From assembly GCA_000743035.1 (NCBI GenBank), contig CP008936.1:1470001-1502000 (forward strand): DNA of 32,000 nt, in the 5' to 3' direction. This DNA comes from Candidatus Paracaedimonas acanthamoebae. Its GTDB lineage: Bacteria > Pseudomonadota > Alphaproteobacteria > Caedimonadales > Caedimonadaceae. A program made the position numbers and the translations under genes. Shown in pieces: positions 16,001 to 24,528 of this stretch (position 1 is its first letter; every line of letters starts with the position of its first letter). The notes under the pieces were generated by a model that worked only from the letters and a program-made list of their open reading frames with translations, was not told the origin of the DNA and made no database searches.

Positions 16001-17432
16001 TCCAAAGCATTCCTTAGAAACGTCTTCTTTACCAAAAAATCGCCTTCTTATGGATGAAACGCCTCTTCAAGTGCTGCCAACCTTAGCGACAAAGGTGGGC
16101 TTAAATGAAGCTATTGTCCTGCAGCAAATGCATTATTGGCTTACATCTTGCCATAATAAGAATTTTATTAACAACCGCCATTGGGTCTATAACTCTTATG
16201 AAGAGTGGCACCAACAGTTCCCTTTCTGGTCAATAGAGACCATCAAAAGAACCATTTATTCTCTTGAGAAACAGAAGCTCATTTTAAGTTGTAAGCTGCG
16301 TGAACAAAAGCTTGATCATCGCAAATGGTACACTATCAATTACCAAGAAGTAGAGGGGGTTAAACTATGTAACAATCGATTGGGTCAAAATGACACGATC
16401 GATCATAGCAAAATGACACGATCGACCGTAACAAAACGACACGATCATTATAAGGAACAGAGATTACATACAGAGATTAACAATAAAACCCTCTCTCTAA
16501 TCTCTCTCCCTCATTCCCCAAACAGCATCTCCCATGAGACACACGAGAAAAAGAGAGAAGAGATTGGATTAAAAATGATTGAAATGTTCTCAAAGCATGT
16601 TCTTCAAGGCCAAGAGCTTCTCGCTCATCCTGAGAGAGTGAGCCAGCTGAAGCATGTTTTAAATACTCACCTCAAAGGAAATCTTGAGAACTGGGAGAGA
16701 GTTTGCCAAAACATTACAAAATCCAAGTTTTTGATGGGAGAGGCTCAAACATCAGATTTTAAAGCAACGCTGGATTGGGTGATTACCAAAGATCATGCAA
16801 TCAAGATTTTTGAAGGAAATAGTTATGGCATTGGCGATCGGGTGATCTCAAACAATCCTGCAGCTGATTCAGAAGAAGCGCAAGAAGATTTTATGCTTGA
16901 GTTTACAACTTCGGGCAAACATCCCCTCTGGATTCAAGCGGGCCTTATTCTCTCGAAGAAAGTTGGGTTTTGCATCTTCAAGGGTTGGATTTCTGTCCTT
17001 GACATTCATGAGATCCACAAAGACCACGTGATCCTTAGGGCCCCTTCCAAATTTATTCGGGATTATGTGAGCAAAAACCTCATGAATTTCTCCATCCAAC
17101 AAGCTTTAGAATCAGTGTTAGGGTATGAGCTTAGATTTGTACTTGTGACTATTGGCTCTGAGCTCGCGATGAATGCAGAAAAAAATCCTGAGGAAACTCA
17201 ACACCTCTCTATCCCTGGGAACATTGAAGAGGACACGAGCCAAGTACCTGCTCTTTGTGAGCAAAACGCTGCTGTTTCATCTTCAGCTCAGCCTCAAGCG
17301 CAGAATTTAACTGTCTCTACCCTGGATATCAACAAAGGCATATTCCCTCCTCTCAGAAACCCATTTTTTAGTGCTTCTGATCCACCGTTGGAGCCACCAG
17401 ACACACAAGAATCAAACTATGAATACAACTAA
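15990..17432 (+). CDS. Replication-initiator/replisome-organiser-like protein: winged-helix N-domain plus C-terminal DnaA domain-I-like region
   Basis: The track ORF is 15942-17432. Candidate starts are 15942, 15990 (MSLNPKH, overlapping the upstream stop) and 16050. The N-domain is paralogous to the preceding ORF. Nt 16920-17150 encode HPLWIQAGLILSKKVGFCIFKGWISVLDIHEIHKDHVILRAPSKFIRDYVSKNLMNFSIQQALESVLGYELRFVLV. This aligns by eye with E. coli DnaA domain I ([59 protein letters not shown]...LRFEV). Confidence 0.55.
   Translation: MSLNPKHSLETSSLPKNRLLMDETPLQVLPTLATKVGLNEAIVLQQMHYWLTSCHNKNFINNRHWVYNSYEEWHQQFPFWSIETIKRTIYSLEKQKLILSCKLREQKLDHRKWYTINYQEVEGVKLCNNRLGQNDTIDHSKMTRSTVTKRHDHYKEQRLHTEINNKTLSLISLPHSPNSISHETHEKKREEIGLKMIEMFSKHVLQGQELLAHPERVSQLKHVLNTHLKGNLENWERVCQNITKSKFLMGEAQTSDFKATLDWVITKDHAIKIFEGNSYGIGDRVISNNPAADSEEAQEDFMLEFTTSGKHPLWIQAGLILSKKVGFCIFKGWISVLDIHEIHKDHVILRAPSKFIRDYVSKNLMNFSIQQALESVLGYELRFVLVTIGSELAMNAEKNPEETQHLSIPGNIEEDTSQVPALCEQNAAVSSSAQPQAQNLTVSTLDINKGIFPPLRNPFFSASDPPLEPPDTQESNYEYN
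16368..16449 (+). repeat. Iteron cluster 2 (three units, 23-bp period) inside the long initiator gene
   Basis: AAAATGACACGATCGAT lies at 16387-16403, AAAATGACACGATCGAC at 16410-16426, and the degenerate AAAACGACACGATCATT at 16433-16449. The cluster lies 517 bp downstream of cluster 1. Confidence 0.8.
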
Positions 17433-17455
17433 CATTACTGACGAAAGGAATAAAA

Positions 17456-17617
17456 ATGAAATTAACACTTGTAAAACCAAATCTCTTTACCGGCCTTGAG
17501 CAGGACACCCCGCTGACTGAAGGGCAAAGGCAGTTTCAAATGAGGAACCTCAAGAAAATAATCCGCTTTATGAAAGCGCAACTCAGACGCTTAGAGAAAG
17601 AAGGAACAATAGACTAG
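17456..17617 (+). CDS. Small hypothetical protein (53 aa) upstream of the pilin gene. Not in the ORF track.
   Basis: Hand translation gives MKLTLVKPNLFTGLEQDTPLTEGQRQFQMRNLKKIIRFMKAQLRRLEKEGTID, with an AAGGAA RBS 6-7 nt upstream. Its position corresponds to small regulatory genes (traY/traM-type) in F-like operons, but I recognise no sequence similarity. Confidence 0.35.
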   Translation: MKLTLVKPNLFTGLEQDTPLTEGQRQFQMRNLKKIIRFMKAQLRRLEKEGTID

Positions 17618-17621
17618 GTCA

Positions 17622-17661
17622 GAGCCCGCGCAAAGACTTCGACCTCTCACGCGCGGGTCTC
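17622..17661. repeat. GC-rich imperfect inverted repeat between the small ORF and traA
   Basis: CCCGCGC (17625-17631) pairs with GCGCGGG (17651-17657). A further 3 bp (GAG/CTC) extend the stem across a one-base bulge. The loop is 19 nt and no T-run follows. It is conspicuously GC-rich for this DNA. Confidence 0.5.
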
Positions 17662-17693
17662 CGGTACACCAACACCAAAAATGGAGTGAATCA

Positions 17694-18038
17694 ATGTACA
17701 CCACACTTATACCCTATTTTAAAGAGAAAAGGGACCTCTTAAATATCTCAAAAGTTCTTAAGAAGCATATCAGTTTCCTAGGCGCTTCATATGCTCTTTA
17801 TTGCCAAACCCTTCAGGCGGCTGAAAATGACATGGTTTTAAAGGATGTCTTTACGAAGATTGAAAAAACCCTGACAGGGGGCGGTTTTAGGCTTGCTACC
17901 ATCGCAGGCGGCCTTGGGGGTATTGTGATTGCAGGTGTTAAAGGAAATTGGCCTGTTGCAGGTCTTTTCCTAGGCCTTGCTGTCACAGCTCATGCCTTTG
18001 TGGATTGGGTTAAAACCAGCTACACCTTTTTGATTTAA
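17694..18038 (+). CDS. traA: F-type propilin TraA
   Basis: 114 aa, positioned immediately before traL as in F. A long leader ends in an A-x-A-like site (TLQA|AEND), which would leave a mature peptide of about 72 aa with two hydrophobic segments (LATIAGGLGGIVIAGV and VAGLFLGLAVTAHAFV), as in F-pilin (70 aa). A GGAG RBS is present. Confidence 0.6.
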   Translation: MYTTLIPYFKEKRDLLNISKVLKKHISFLGASYALYCQTLQAAENDMVLKDVFTKIEKTLTGGGFRLATIAGGLGGIVIAGVKGNWPVAGLFLGLAVTAHAFVDWVKTSYTFLI

Positions 18039-18048
18039 GGAGCGTGCT

Positions 18049-18342
18049 ATGCGAGAACGTGGAAAGCACTTGCTCCTCCATCATCTGGATTCTCCTGCCA
18101 GGTGGTTGATATTCACGAAAGATGAAGCTGCAGCGCTTCTCATTCCTCTTCTTGTGGGACTTGGAACATCTCATCAAGGCTCAGGCCTTCTGGTGGGGGT
18201 GATCTTTTGCTGGGCATTGCGGAAACTCCGCAAGATGGCAGGCCAAGGGGCACTCAAACATTTGATGTACTGGTATCTCCCCCACAACAAGGCCAAGCTT
18301 CCTTTAACACCGCCTTCACATATCAGAGAGTGGGTGTCATGA
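18049..18342 (+). CDS. traL: Type-F conjugative transfer system protein TraL
   Basis: 97 aa. It has the TraL pattern: LDSPARWLIFTKDEAAALLIPLLVGL, then KLRKMAGQGALKHLMYWYLP (F TraL has [21 protein letters not shown]). Confidence 0.85.
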   Translation: MRERGKHLLLHHLDSPARWLIFTKDEAAALLIPLLVGLGTSHQGSGLLVGVIFCWALRKLRKMAGQGALKHLMYWYLPHNKAKLPLTPPSHIREWVS

Positions 18343-18908
18343 AAGAAAAGCTTCAGCACTTAAGACTTCATGATCTTTTAAGGCATAGAAATTATTTGAC
18401 CTTTATGGCGTCAGGGCTTCTTGCATCAAACCTGCTCATGACCTTTGCTTTGTGTACCCAGAGTGAGCGGGTTGTGCTTGTGCCTCCCCATCTCACAGGG
18501 CCTACCTGGGTCGAGCGGAACCAAGTATCTGCTCAATACCTTGAAGAGATGGCTTTGTTTTTTGGAAGCATTCTCTTAAACAAAACACCTCAAAGCGCTC
18601 CTTATCTTCATGAACTTCTTTTGCGTTATGCAGACGCAAGGGGCATTGGTAAGCTCAAACACCAGCTTCGAGAAGAAGAAGAGAGATATCAAAAAAGCGG
18701 CCTTAGCACCTCCTTTTATCCCAAAAAGGTTGTTGTTCGGGAAAAGAACTTACAAGTGGATCTTTCTGGTGAGATGGTCGGTTATGTCAGTCAAAAGTGC
18801 ATCTTCCAACGGGATGAGACCTATCGCTTAACCTTTTCTTTTGCTCATGGACGGTTGCTCATCACCTCCTTTAAACCTCTGACAGGAAAGGAGCAAGACC
18901 ATGCGTAA
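18339..18908 (+). CDS. traE: Type-F conjugative transfer system protein TraE
   Basis: 189 aa starting from the ATG at 18339, which overlaps the traL stop as ATGA. F TraE is 188 aa. It has an N-terminal TM and YLEEMALFFGSILLN (F has YLQQMALSFIALRLN). The track start at 18207 would overlap traL by 136 nt and is unlikely. Confidence 0.85.
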   Translation: MKEKLQHLRLHDLLRHRNYLTFMASGLLASNLLMTFALCTQSERVVLVPPHLTGPTWVERNQVSAQYLEEMALFFGSILLNKTPQSAPYLHELLLRYADARGIGKLKHQLREEEERYQKSGLSTSFYPKKVVVREKNLQVDLSGEMVGYVSQKCIFQRDETYRLTFSFAHGRLLITSFKPLTGKEQDHA

Positions 18909-19602
18909 GTTTCCACTTCTAGCAGTATCTTTACTCGCTTCTTCAGTCAGTGCCGTTCAAATCCTTCCCATTAAAGATCATGGCTTCAGCGAGGTGATCA
19001 TCTCCAGCACAGAACACACGCGTATTTCTGTTGAAAATGACCGCATTGCTCAGCTCTTTGGTATTGATGGGCGCCTTTCATTTGAACTCGATGAGATGAA
19101 TGGACAAGTGTTTATCACCCCCGCCCCAGGCACTGAAGGTCACTCGCTCCTTATTACCCTCACGACAGAAAAGGGCTTAACCCATGATCTCAGGGTTAAA
19201 CCCATCACAAGACCAGCTGAAGCCGTTTTATTGAGGCCAAAGACACAAGGGTTTCAAGAGAGAGTTTCTCCGCTGGGCACCTATCAAGGACTTCTTCTTG
19301 AGCTGATCAAAGTTTACGCTACTGATACCTTAAAAGAACCTTATAAGGCTGTTACACTTCAAAAAAGTTCTTCGGAGCAGATTGAACCTGACCTAACGCT
19401 TCAACCTGTAAAGGAAATCCTCTCTCCTCAGTTTGTAGGGCGAGTTCTTCGTCTCAAGAATGAAGGAGATACAACGCTTCTTTTAAGCCCTCATCAGTTT
19501 GCAAAATTCAAACCACTTTCGATCGTCTTCTCAACAAGGGTGCTCAAACCTTTAGCACAAACTGAAGTGCTTCTTATTTTACAAGGAGTGGATCATGAGT
19601 GA
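18901..19602 (+). CDS. traK: Type-F conjugative transfer system secretin-like protein TraK
   Basis: 233 aa with a signal peptide. IISSTEHTRISVENDRIAQL corresponds to F TraK ISNTSPNLFTVPGDRIIAV. LLITLTTEKGLTHDLRVKP corresponds to FILETERGLNLSIQAVP. Synteny also supports the call. Confidence 0.8.
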   Translation: MRKFPLLAVSLLASSVSAVQILPIKDHGFSEVIISSTEHTRISVENDRIAQLFGIDGRLSFELDEMNGQVFITPAPGTEGHSLLITLTTEKGLTHDLRVKPITRPAEAVLLRPKTQGFQERVSPLGTYQGLLLELIKVYATDTLKEPYKAVTLQKSSSEQIEPDLTLQPVKEILSPQFVGRVLRLKNEGDTTLLLSPHQFAKFKPLSIVFSTRVLKPLAQTEVLLILQGVDHE

Positions 19603-20869
19603 ACATCAAACCCCTCAAGCCCTTAAAAAGAAGCAGTTCCTCATCTTAGCAGGGGTAGGATCTCTTCTCGCCTTAGCTCTTCTTTTTCTCTTCGATGTGG
19701 TCACAGGTTCTAAAGAACCTCAAGTGCAGTCAAAGACACAAGAGTCAAAGATTGCAGGCTCTACCTCTCACCTTGATCCTCGTGAGATTTGGGCTGAGCG
19801 TATGGAAGAAGAGTCTAAAAAGCTCAATGACAAACTTTCATCACTTGAAGGGCTTCTTAATCAAACGATTACAGAAAATGCAAAACGCACGATATCACAG
19901 GACGAAAGTGCTCTTCAGCAACTTCAAGAGCAGATTAATACGCTTCAACAGCAACTGGAGCAGAAGAATCAAGAGTCAGAGCAAGATACCTCCTCTATCA
20001 GAACCGCAACCTTTGATGGACAGACATCCAGAAAGATTGTCCTTCACTTAAGGAAGAATGCGCGTTATGAGGCATATCAAAACAGAAAAAAGGTAGAAGA
20101 CACGATTCCAGCAGGCGCTTATGCGTCTGCTATTCTTTTAGGGGGCGTTGATGCTTCAACGTCTGTGAGTGCCGCTAATGATCCCCGGCCTGTACTCTTG
20201 AGAGTCATTGATCCTGGAACCCTCCCTCGGAAGTTCAAGAGTGATCTCAAGAATTGCCATGTACTGGCCTCTGCTCATGGAGATCTTTCGTCTGAACGTG
20301 TTTACATGCGTCTTGAAAAGCTCACCTGTACGGAGCCCCTCACAGGCGAGATCTCAGAAACCCAAGTCGCAGGCTACATTGCAGGCGAAGATGGCAGAGC
20401 AGGTGTCAGAGGGGTCGTCGTTGATAAAACAACAGATCTCATGCGGAATAGCCTCTTGGGCGGCTTTGCAAGTGGTATCAGCAATTTCTTGCAATCCAGC
20501 AATCAAAGTAGCGTTTTCCCAACCACACCCTTTGGTCAGAAGAATGCTCTTACAGATGATGAGCTTCTTAAATCTGGGGCTTATAGTGGCATTGGCAATG
20601 CTTTAGAAAAGTATGCTGATTACTACATTAAGCGCGCTGAACAACTCCAACCTGTTCTCATGGTTCAAGCAGGGCGCAAGGTCAATATGGTCTTCACGGA
20701 AGGCACCAAGTTTGGCGACACCACCGTTAAACAAATCATTGCTGAAGCCAGAGACCAAGCTTTGTCTCAATCAAGAGACAAGATCCAAGTTGAAGCCCTT
20801 AAAGAAACCAATAGCCAGAACAGTGAAAGCATTCACCGCTGGCTCCCTAAAATTGGAGAAAATCAATGA
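19595..20869 (+). CDS. traB: Type-F conjugative transfer system protein TraB (VirB10-like)
   Basis: 424 aa with an N-terminal TM, a coiled-coil and a conserved C-terminal domain (IPAGAYASAILLGGVDASTS...LRVIDPGTLP...GDLSSERVYMRLEKLTC). Synteny supports the call. Confidence 0.85.
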   Translation: MSEHQTPQALKKKQFLILAGVGSLLALALLFLFDVVTGSKEPQVQSKTQESKIAGSTSHLDPREIWAERMEEESKKLNDKLSSLEGLLNQTITENAKRTISQDESALQQLQEQINTLQQQLEQKNQESEQDTSSIRTATFDGQTSRKIVLHLRKNARYEAYQNRKKVEDTIPAGAYASAILLGGVDASTSVSAANDPRPVLLRVIDPGTLPRKFKSDLKNCHVLASAHGDLSSERVYMRLEKLTCTEPLTGEISETQVAGYIAGEDGRAGVRGVVVDKTTDLMRNSLLGGFASGISNFLQSSNQSSVFPTTPFGQKNALTDDELLKSGAYSGIGNALEKYADYYIKRAEQLQPVLMVQAGRKVNMVFTEGTKFGDTTVKQIIAEARDQALSQSRDKIQVEALKETNSQNSESIHRWLPKIGENQ

Positions 20870-21195
20870 AACTATTAATTCCTACAGCAATATCCTTACT
20901 TTTACTTACAGCCTGCACTTCTTATAAGGAAGGGTTTGACTGTGAAGCAGTCCCTGGGGTGGGATGTAAATCTATCGCGCAAGTTGATCGCATGATCGAT
21001 GACGGTAAGCTTGGTGGTGATGATACCGCTGACAATCCTCAAGAAGCATATAAAAAAGACAATAAGGAATTAAGCCAAGCAACTGCTAAAGGGGTGCATG
21101 TCTGGATCGCCCCTTACACGGATAACGATGGCATAACCTATGGCCCTCAGAGTCTCTTTGTGCCCTTTAGAACAAATGAGAAAGGGGAGATGTGA
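20866..21195 (+). CDS. traV: Type-F conjugative transfer lipoprotein TraV
   Basis: 109 aa with a lipobox (LLLLTAC) and a conserved Cys pair (FDCEAVPGVGCKS). Its position between traB and traC fits. Confidence 0.8.
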   Translation: MKLLIPTAISLLLLTACTSYKEGFDCEAVPGVGCKSIAQVDRMIDDGKLGGDDTADNPQEAYKKDNKELSQATAKGVHVWIAPYTDNDGITYGPQSLFVPFRTNEKGEM

Positions 21196-23693
21196 TGTTA
21201 CAAAATCTTCCTCATCTGCTGGGACATAAAATTGCGACCTTTTTTGGAGAGCGGACCAACTATGGCGTGAACCCGACGTCCCCATCCCTAGATGCCCTGA
21301 ATGAGGTCTTAAAAACTTATAGTCTTTCAGACTTTATGCCCTATGAAAGCTATGATCCTGGCGTTGGTCTTTTTAGTAACCATCAATCCATTGGCTTTGT
21401 CCTTGAAACACCTCCTTTGGTGGGATGTTCTGAGCAAATGCAAACGATGGTGAGCGGGATTTTTCGAGATCTCTTACCCGAAGAGTCCTGCCTTCAGTGC
21501 ATCCTATATGCTGACTCACATATTGATGGTTTTTTAGAGAACTGGCAACACGCCCGAAAAGGCAAGGGAGAGATCACCGAGTACCTTGCCGAGCAGAGAA
21601 TAAATCACTTAAGGAATCTTATATTTGAAGGTACAGGCTCGACCTGCTTTCGTCATTATCGATTCATCATGGCTTACTCAAAACGAGGGAGCTTATTAAA
21701 TCCTCTTTTAAAGCAAGAAACACTTTCTTTAAAAGAACAACTCTCTGCCGCGCTGCAAAACCTGGGTTTACCTCTCAAGACGTGGGATGCCAATGATCTC
21801 ATGCGCACGCTTTCAGGGTGGTTTACCTCAGCTCAAGAAACAACCCAAGACACCCGTAAGTGGAATCAATTTGACTCTCTTTCCAAGCAAATCCTCATTC
21901 CTGGCCAGCACTTTCTTATCACACCTCAGCATATCGTGGTCAATCAAGATGAATCTTATGTCCGTACTTATGCGGTTGAAACAGAGCCTGATGAATGGTC
22001 ACTCCATGCCATGGGCGAGCTGATTGGGGATCAATTTAGGGAATACTTGCGCCTTCCTTGCCCCTTTATGATCCACTATGGCGTGTATGTTCCCCCTCAG
22101 GATAGTACCTCAACGCGCCTTAAGGCACGCGCAGCGTACTCAGAGCGGCAAGCCACCCCTTCCCTCATTAAGCTGATTCCAAGGCTTCAAGAAGAAGCGA
22201 TGGAGTTTGCATATATGCGAGAAAGGCTCGCTGAAGGGGAGAGATTGGTGAGAACCAACCTGACCATCACCCTCTTTTGTCCTCAACACTTAATGGAGAG
22301 AGCCGATCAAGCACTTCATACGGTTTACAAAACCAAGAAGTGGAAGTTGCGTGCGAACAGGGTTATTCATCTGCAATCCCTTTTAGGATGCTTGCCGATG
22401 AATTGGGGTGAAGGCATCCATGAGGATTTGAATTATCACGGAAGGACAAAAACCACTCTTTCAACAGAATCAGCGAATCTCGTGCCTCTTCAAGGGGAGT
22501 GGTGCGGCACTCGTTCTCCTGGCGTCCTCTTAAGTGGGCGTAGAGGTCAAATCTTTCATTGGTCTCCTTTTGACAACACGAGCGGGAATTACAATGTCTG
22601 TGTCGTGGGAAGGTCTGGAAGCGGCAAGTCTTTCTTCATGCAAGAAATGCTCACTTCCACCTTGGGACTTGGGGGACGAGTCTTTGTCCTGGATGTAGGC
22701 AGATCCTTTGAAAAGACCTGTCATTTATTAGGCGGGCAATTTATTGAATTTACAACAGACACGCCCCTCTGCATTAACCCCTTTTCAACCATCCCCACCC
22801 AAAGTGCTGAGGAAACCTCCGATGCTTTAGCGATGTTGAGGCCGATTGTGGCGGTGATGGTGGCACCTAAAAGGGGCACGACCGATATTGAAAATGCCTT
22901 TATTGACAAGGCTGTCTTTGCTGCTTGGGAGAAAAATGGAAATCAGGCGTCCATAGATGATATTGCCGAGTGGCTTCAAGGCGAAAGCGACGTGCGGGCT
23001 AAGGACTTGAGCACCATGCTCTTTCCTTATACCTCTCAAGGGGCTTATGGGCGGTTCTTTAATGGGGTGTGCAATGTCAACTTTAAGCACAATCTTGTGG
23101 TCATTGAATTGGGTGAGCTTAAAGAGCGGAAAGAGCTCCAAAGTGTTGTCTTTAAAACTGTCTTTATGCAGATCCTCAATCAAATGCTGGGGGGCGATCG
23201 TAAAACCCCCACGCTCATTAAAATGGACGAGATTTGGGATGTTCTTAAAGGCGAGAAAAAAGAAGAAGCTCATTATATTGAAGCAGGCGTAAGGCAATCC
23301 CGGAAGTTCTTCTGTGCTCTTGTCTTTGGAACGCAATCTGTTCATGATTTTTATGCCTCTCCTGCAGCACAAGCGGCCTTTGAAAACTCGGATTGGCTTT
23401 GCTTACTTTCGCAGAAGAAAGAATCCATTGCCCAATTGAAGAAAAGTGAGCGCCTTTTGCTTGATCCAGGAGCAGAAGAACTCCTCAATTCTGTCACCAC
23501 CCAACAAGGTAAATATGCCGAGATTATGATTGTGGGGCCTCAAGGATCGGCTGTGGGAAGGCTTATTACTGATCCTTTTACCCGAATCCTTTATTCGACC
23601 AAGGCTGAAGAATATGCCGCTGTTAAGCATTATCAAGCGCAAGGTATGAGCCTCCTGAATGCCGTGAAGCATGTGGCTGGAGTTGCGACATGA
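21192..23693 (+). CDS. traC: Type-F conjugative transfer ATPase TraC (VirB4 family)
   Basis: 833 aa. Walker A is VVGRSGSGKS and Walker B is TLIKMDEIWD. F TraC is 875 aa. Synteny supports the call. Confidence 0.95.
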   Translation: MMLQNLPHLLGHKIATFFGERTNYGVNPTSPSLDALNEVLKTYSLSDFMPYESYDPGVGLFSNHQSIGFVLETPPLVGCSEQMQTMVSGIFRDLLPEESCLQCILYADSHIDGFLENWQHARKGKGEITEYLAEQRINHLRNLIFEGTGSTCFRHYRFIMAYSKRGSLLNPLLKQETLSLKEQLSAALQNLGLPLKTWDANDLMRTLSGWFTSAQETTQDTRKWNQFDSLSKQILIPGQHFLITPQHIVVNQDESYVRTYAVETEPDEWSLHAMGELIGDQFREYLRLPCPFMIHYGVYVPPQDSTSTRLKARAAYSERQATPSLIKLIPRLQEEAMEFAYMRERLAEGERLVRTNLTITLFCPQHLMERADQALHTVYKTKKWKLRANRVIHLQSLLGCLPMNWGEGIHEDLNYHGRTKTTLSTESANLVPLQGEWCGTRSPGVLLSGRRGQIFHWSPFDNTSGNYNVCVVGRSGSGKSFFMQEMLTSTLGLGGRVFVLDVGRSFEKTCHLLGGQFIEFTTDTPLCINPFSTIPTQSAEETSDALAMLRPIVAVMVAPKRGTTDIENAFIDKAVFAAWEKNGNQASIDDIAEWLQGESDVRAKDLSTMLFPYTSQGAYGRFFNGVCNVNFKHNLVVIELGELKERKELQSVVFKTVFMQILNQMLGGDRKTPTLIKMDEIWDVLKGEKKEEAHYIEAGVRQSRKFFCALVFGTQSVHDFYASPAAQAAFENSDWLCLLSQKKESIAQLKKSERLLLDPGAEELLNSVTTQQGKYAEIMIVGPQGSAVGRLITDPFTRILYSTKAEEYAAVKHYQAQGMSLLNAVKHVAGVAT

Positions 23694-24031
23694 GAACAGC
23701 TACTTTTAAGCTTATCACGATGGTTGGGACAACCCTTGCAGCCCATCTTCTTGCCCTAGGACTCCTTTATAAGGTCATGCCTCAGCCTAAAGAACAAAAG
23801 GTTGCGGTCGTTGATCTCCAATCTTTGCTTCTAAGCCAACTCAAAGGCAATGCCACCCAAACAGATGCTGAGCTTGCCTTGAGGATGAAGAAGCTCCATC
23901 ACCAAATCCACCATATCACAACCCAACTCTCTCAAGATACAGGGGCGCTCATTGTCTCAAAAGAGGCTCTACTTTCAAAAGGGGAAGACTGGACAGAAAT
24001 TGTGCGAAAGAAATTGGAGAGTTTACCATGA
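23690..24031 (+). CDS. TrbI-like small inner-membrane protein
   Basis: 113 aa with one N-terminal TM, at the same position as F trbI (directly after traC). The C-terminal GALIVSKEALLSKGEDWTEIVRKKL resembles F TrbI AVILVSPAVVQGAPDITREIQQDI. The similarity is weak. Confidence 0.5.
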   Translation: MRTATFKLITMVGTTLAAHLLALGLLYKVMPQPKEQKVAVVDLQSLLLSQLKGNATQTDAELALRMKKLHHQIHHITTQLSQDTGALIVSKEALLSKGEDWTEIVRKKLESLP

Positions 24032-24528
24032 ACCCTCAATTTGTTCGCTTTCTTCCCCTCAAATACTTGAATATCGCCAATGGCATCCTGGTCTTCATCC
24101 TTGTTCTGGGCCTTGGCAATTGTATTCATGAGCGCACAACCCTTGCCATTAATGGAAGCAAATCATTAGAAGGCAAATACTTCTTCATCATTAAGTCCTA
24201 TGGAGCACTTCTTACTCTTAAAGAAGATGATTATGTCGCTTTCACTCATCCTTGGGTGCCAAGTCTTATCATCAAGCAAGTAAAAGGACTCCCTGGCGAT
24301 GTTGTCCTTCATATCAACCATAAAGTCTTTGTGAATGAAGAACTTATTGGCCCTATTTTTAACTTAAGTCGTGACCAAAGAACTTTAACCCCTGGATTCC
24401 AGGGGATCATTCCTAAAGGCGCTTACTTTGTCGCAGGAGAGCATGAGCGAAGTTTTGACTCTCGGTATGCAGAAGTGGGTCTTTTAACAAGTGAGACTAT
24501 CTATGGCAAAGCTTATAAACTATTTTAG
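24028..24528 (+). CDS. S26-family conjugative transfer signal peptidase (RP4 TraF / IncH-SXT TrhF-like)
   Basis: 166 aa with an N-terminal TM. INGSKSLEGKYF fits the N.S.S...G.Y nucleophile motif. IKQVKGLPGDVV fits the Lys motif. GEHERSFDSRYAEVGLL is the typical S26 C-terminal motif. Confidence 0.8.
   Translation: MNPQFVRFLPLKYLNIANGILVFILVLGLGNCIHERTTLAINGSKSLEGKYFFIIKSYGALLTLKEDDYVAFTHPWVPSLIIKQVKGLPGDVVLHINHKVFVNEELIGPIFNLSRDQRTLTPGFQGIIPKGAYFVAGEHERSFDSRYAEVGLLTSETIYGKAYKLF

Noticed and set aside
18207-18338. Upstream extension of traE (track start 18207). Also alternative-frame ORFs within traB/traV (19695-20051, 20208-20606, 20613-20927, 21070-21285), traE (18610-18831) and traU/trbC (26104-26432, 26511-26765, 26694-26879).
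   Set aside because: The extension would overlap traL by 136 nt. The ATG at 18339 gives an F-length TraE with an ATGA coupling. The other ORFs are out-of-frame shadows of identified tra genes.
22827-23372. 181-aa ORF on the minus strand, plus other minus-strand or alternative-frame ORFs at 22530-22724, 22721-22909, 23047-23292 and 23403-23672.
   Set aside because: All lie entirely inside traC, whose frame carries strong family motifs (Walker A and B). They have no RBS or recognisable domains and are typical antisense shadow ORFs.
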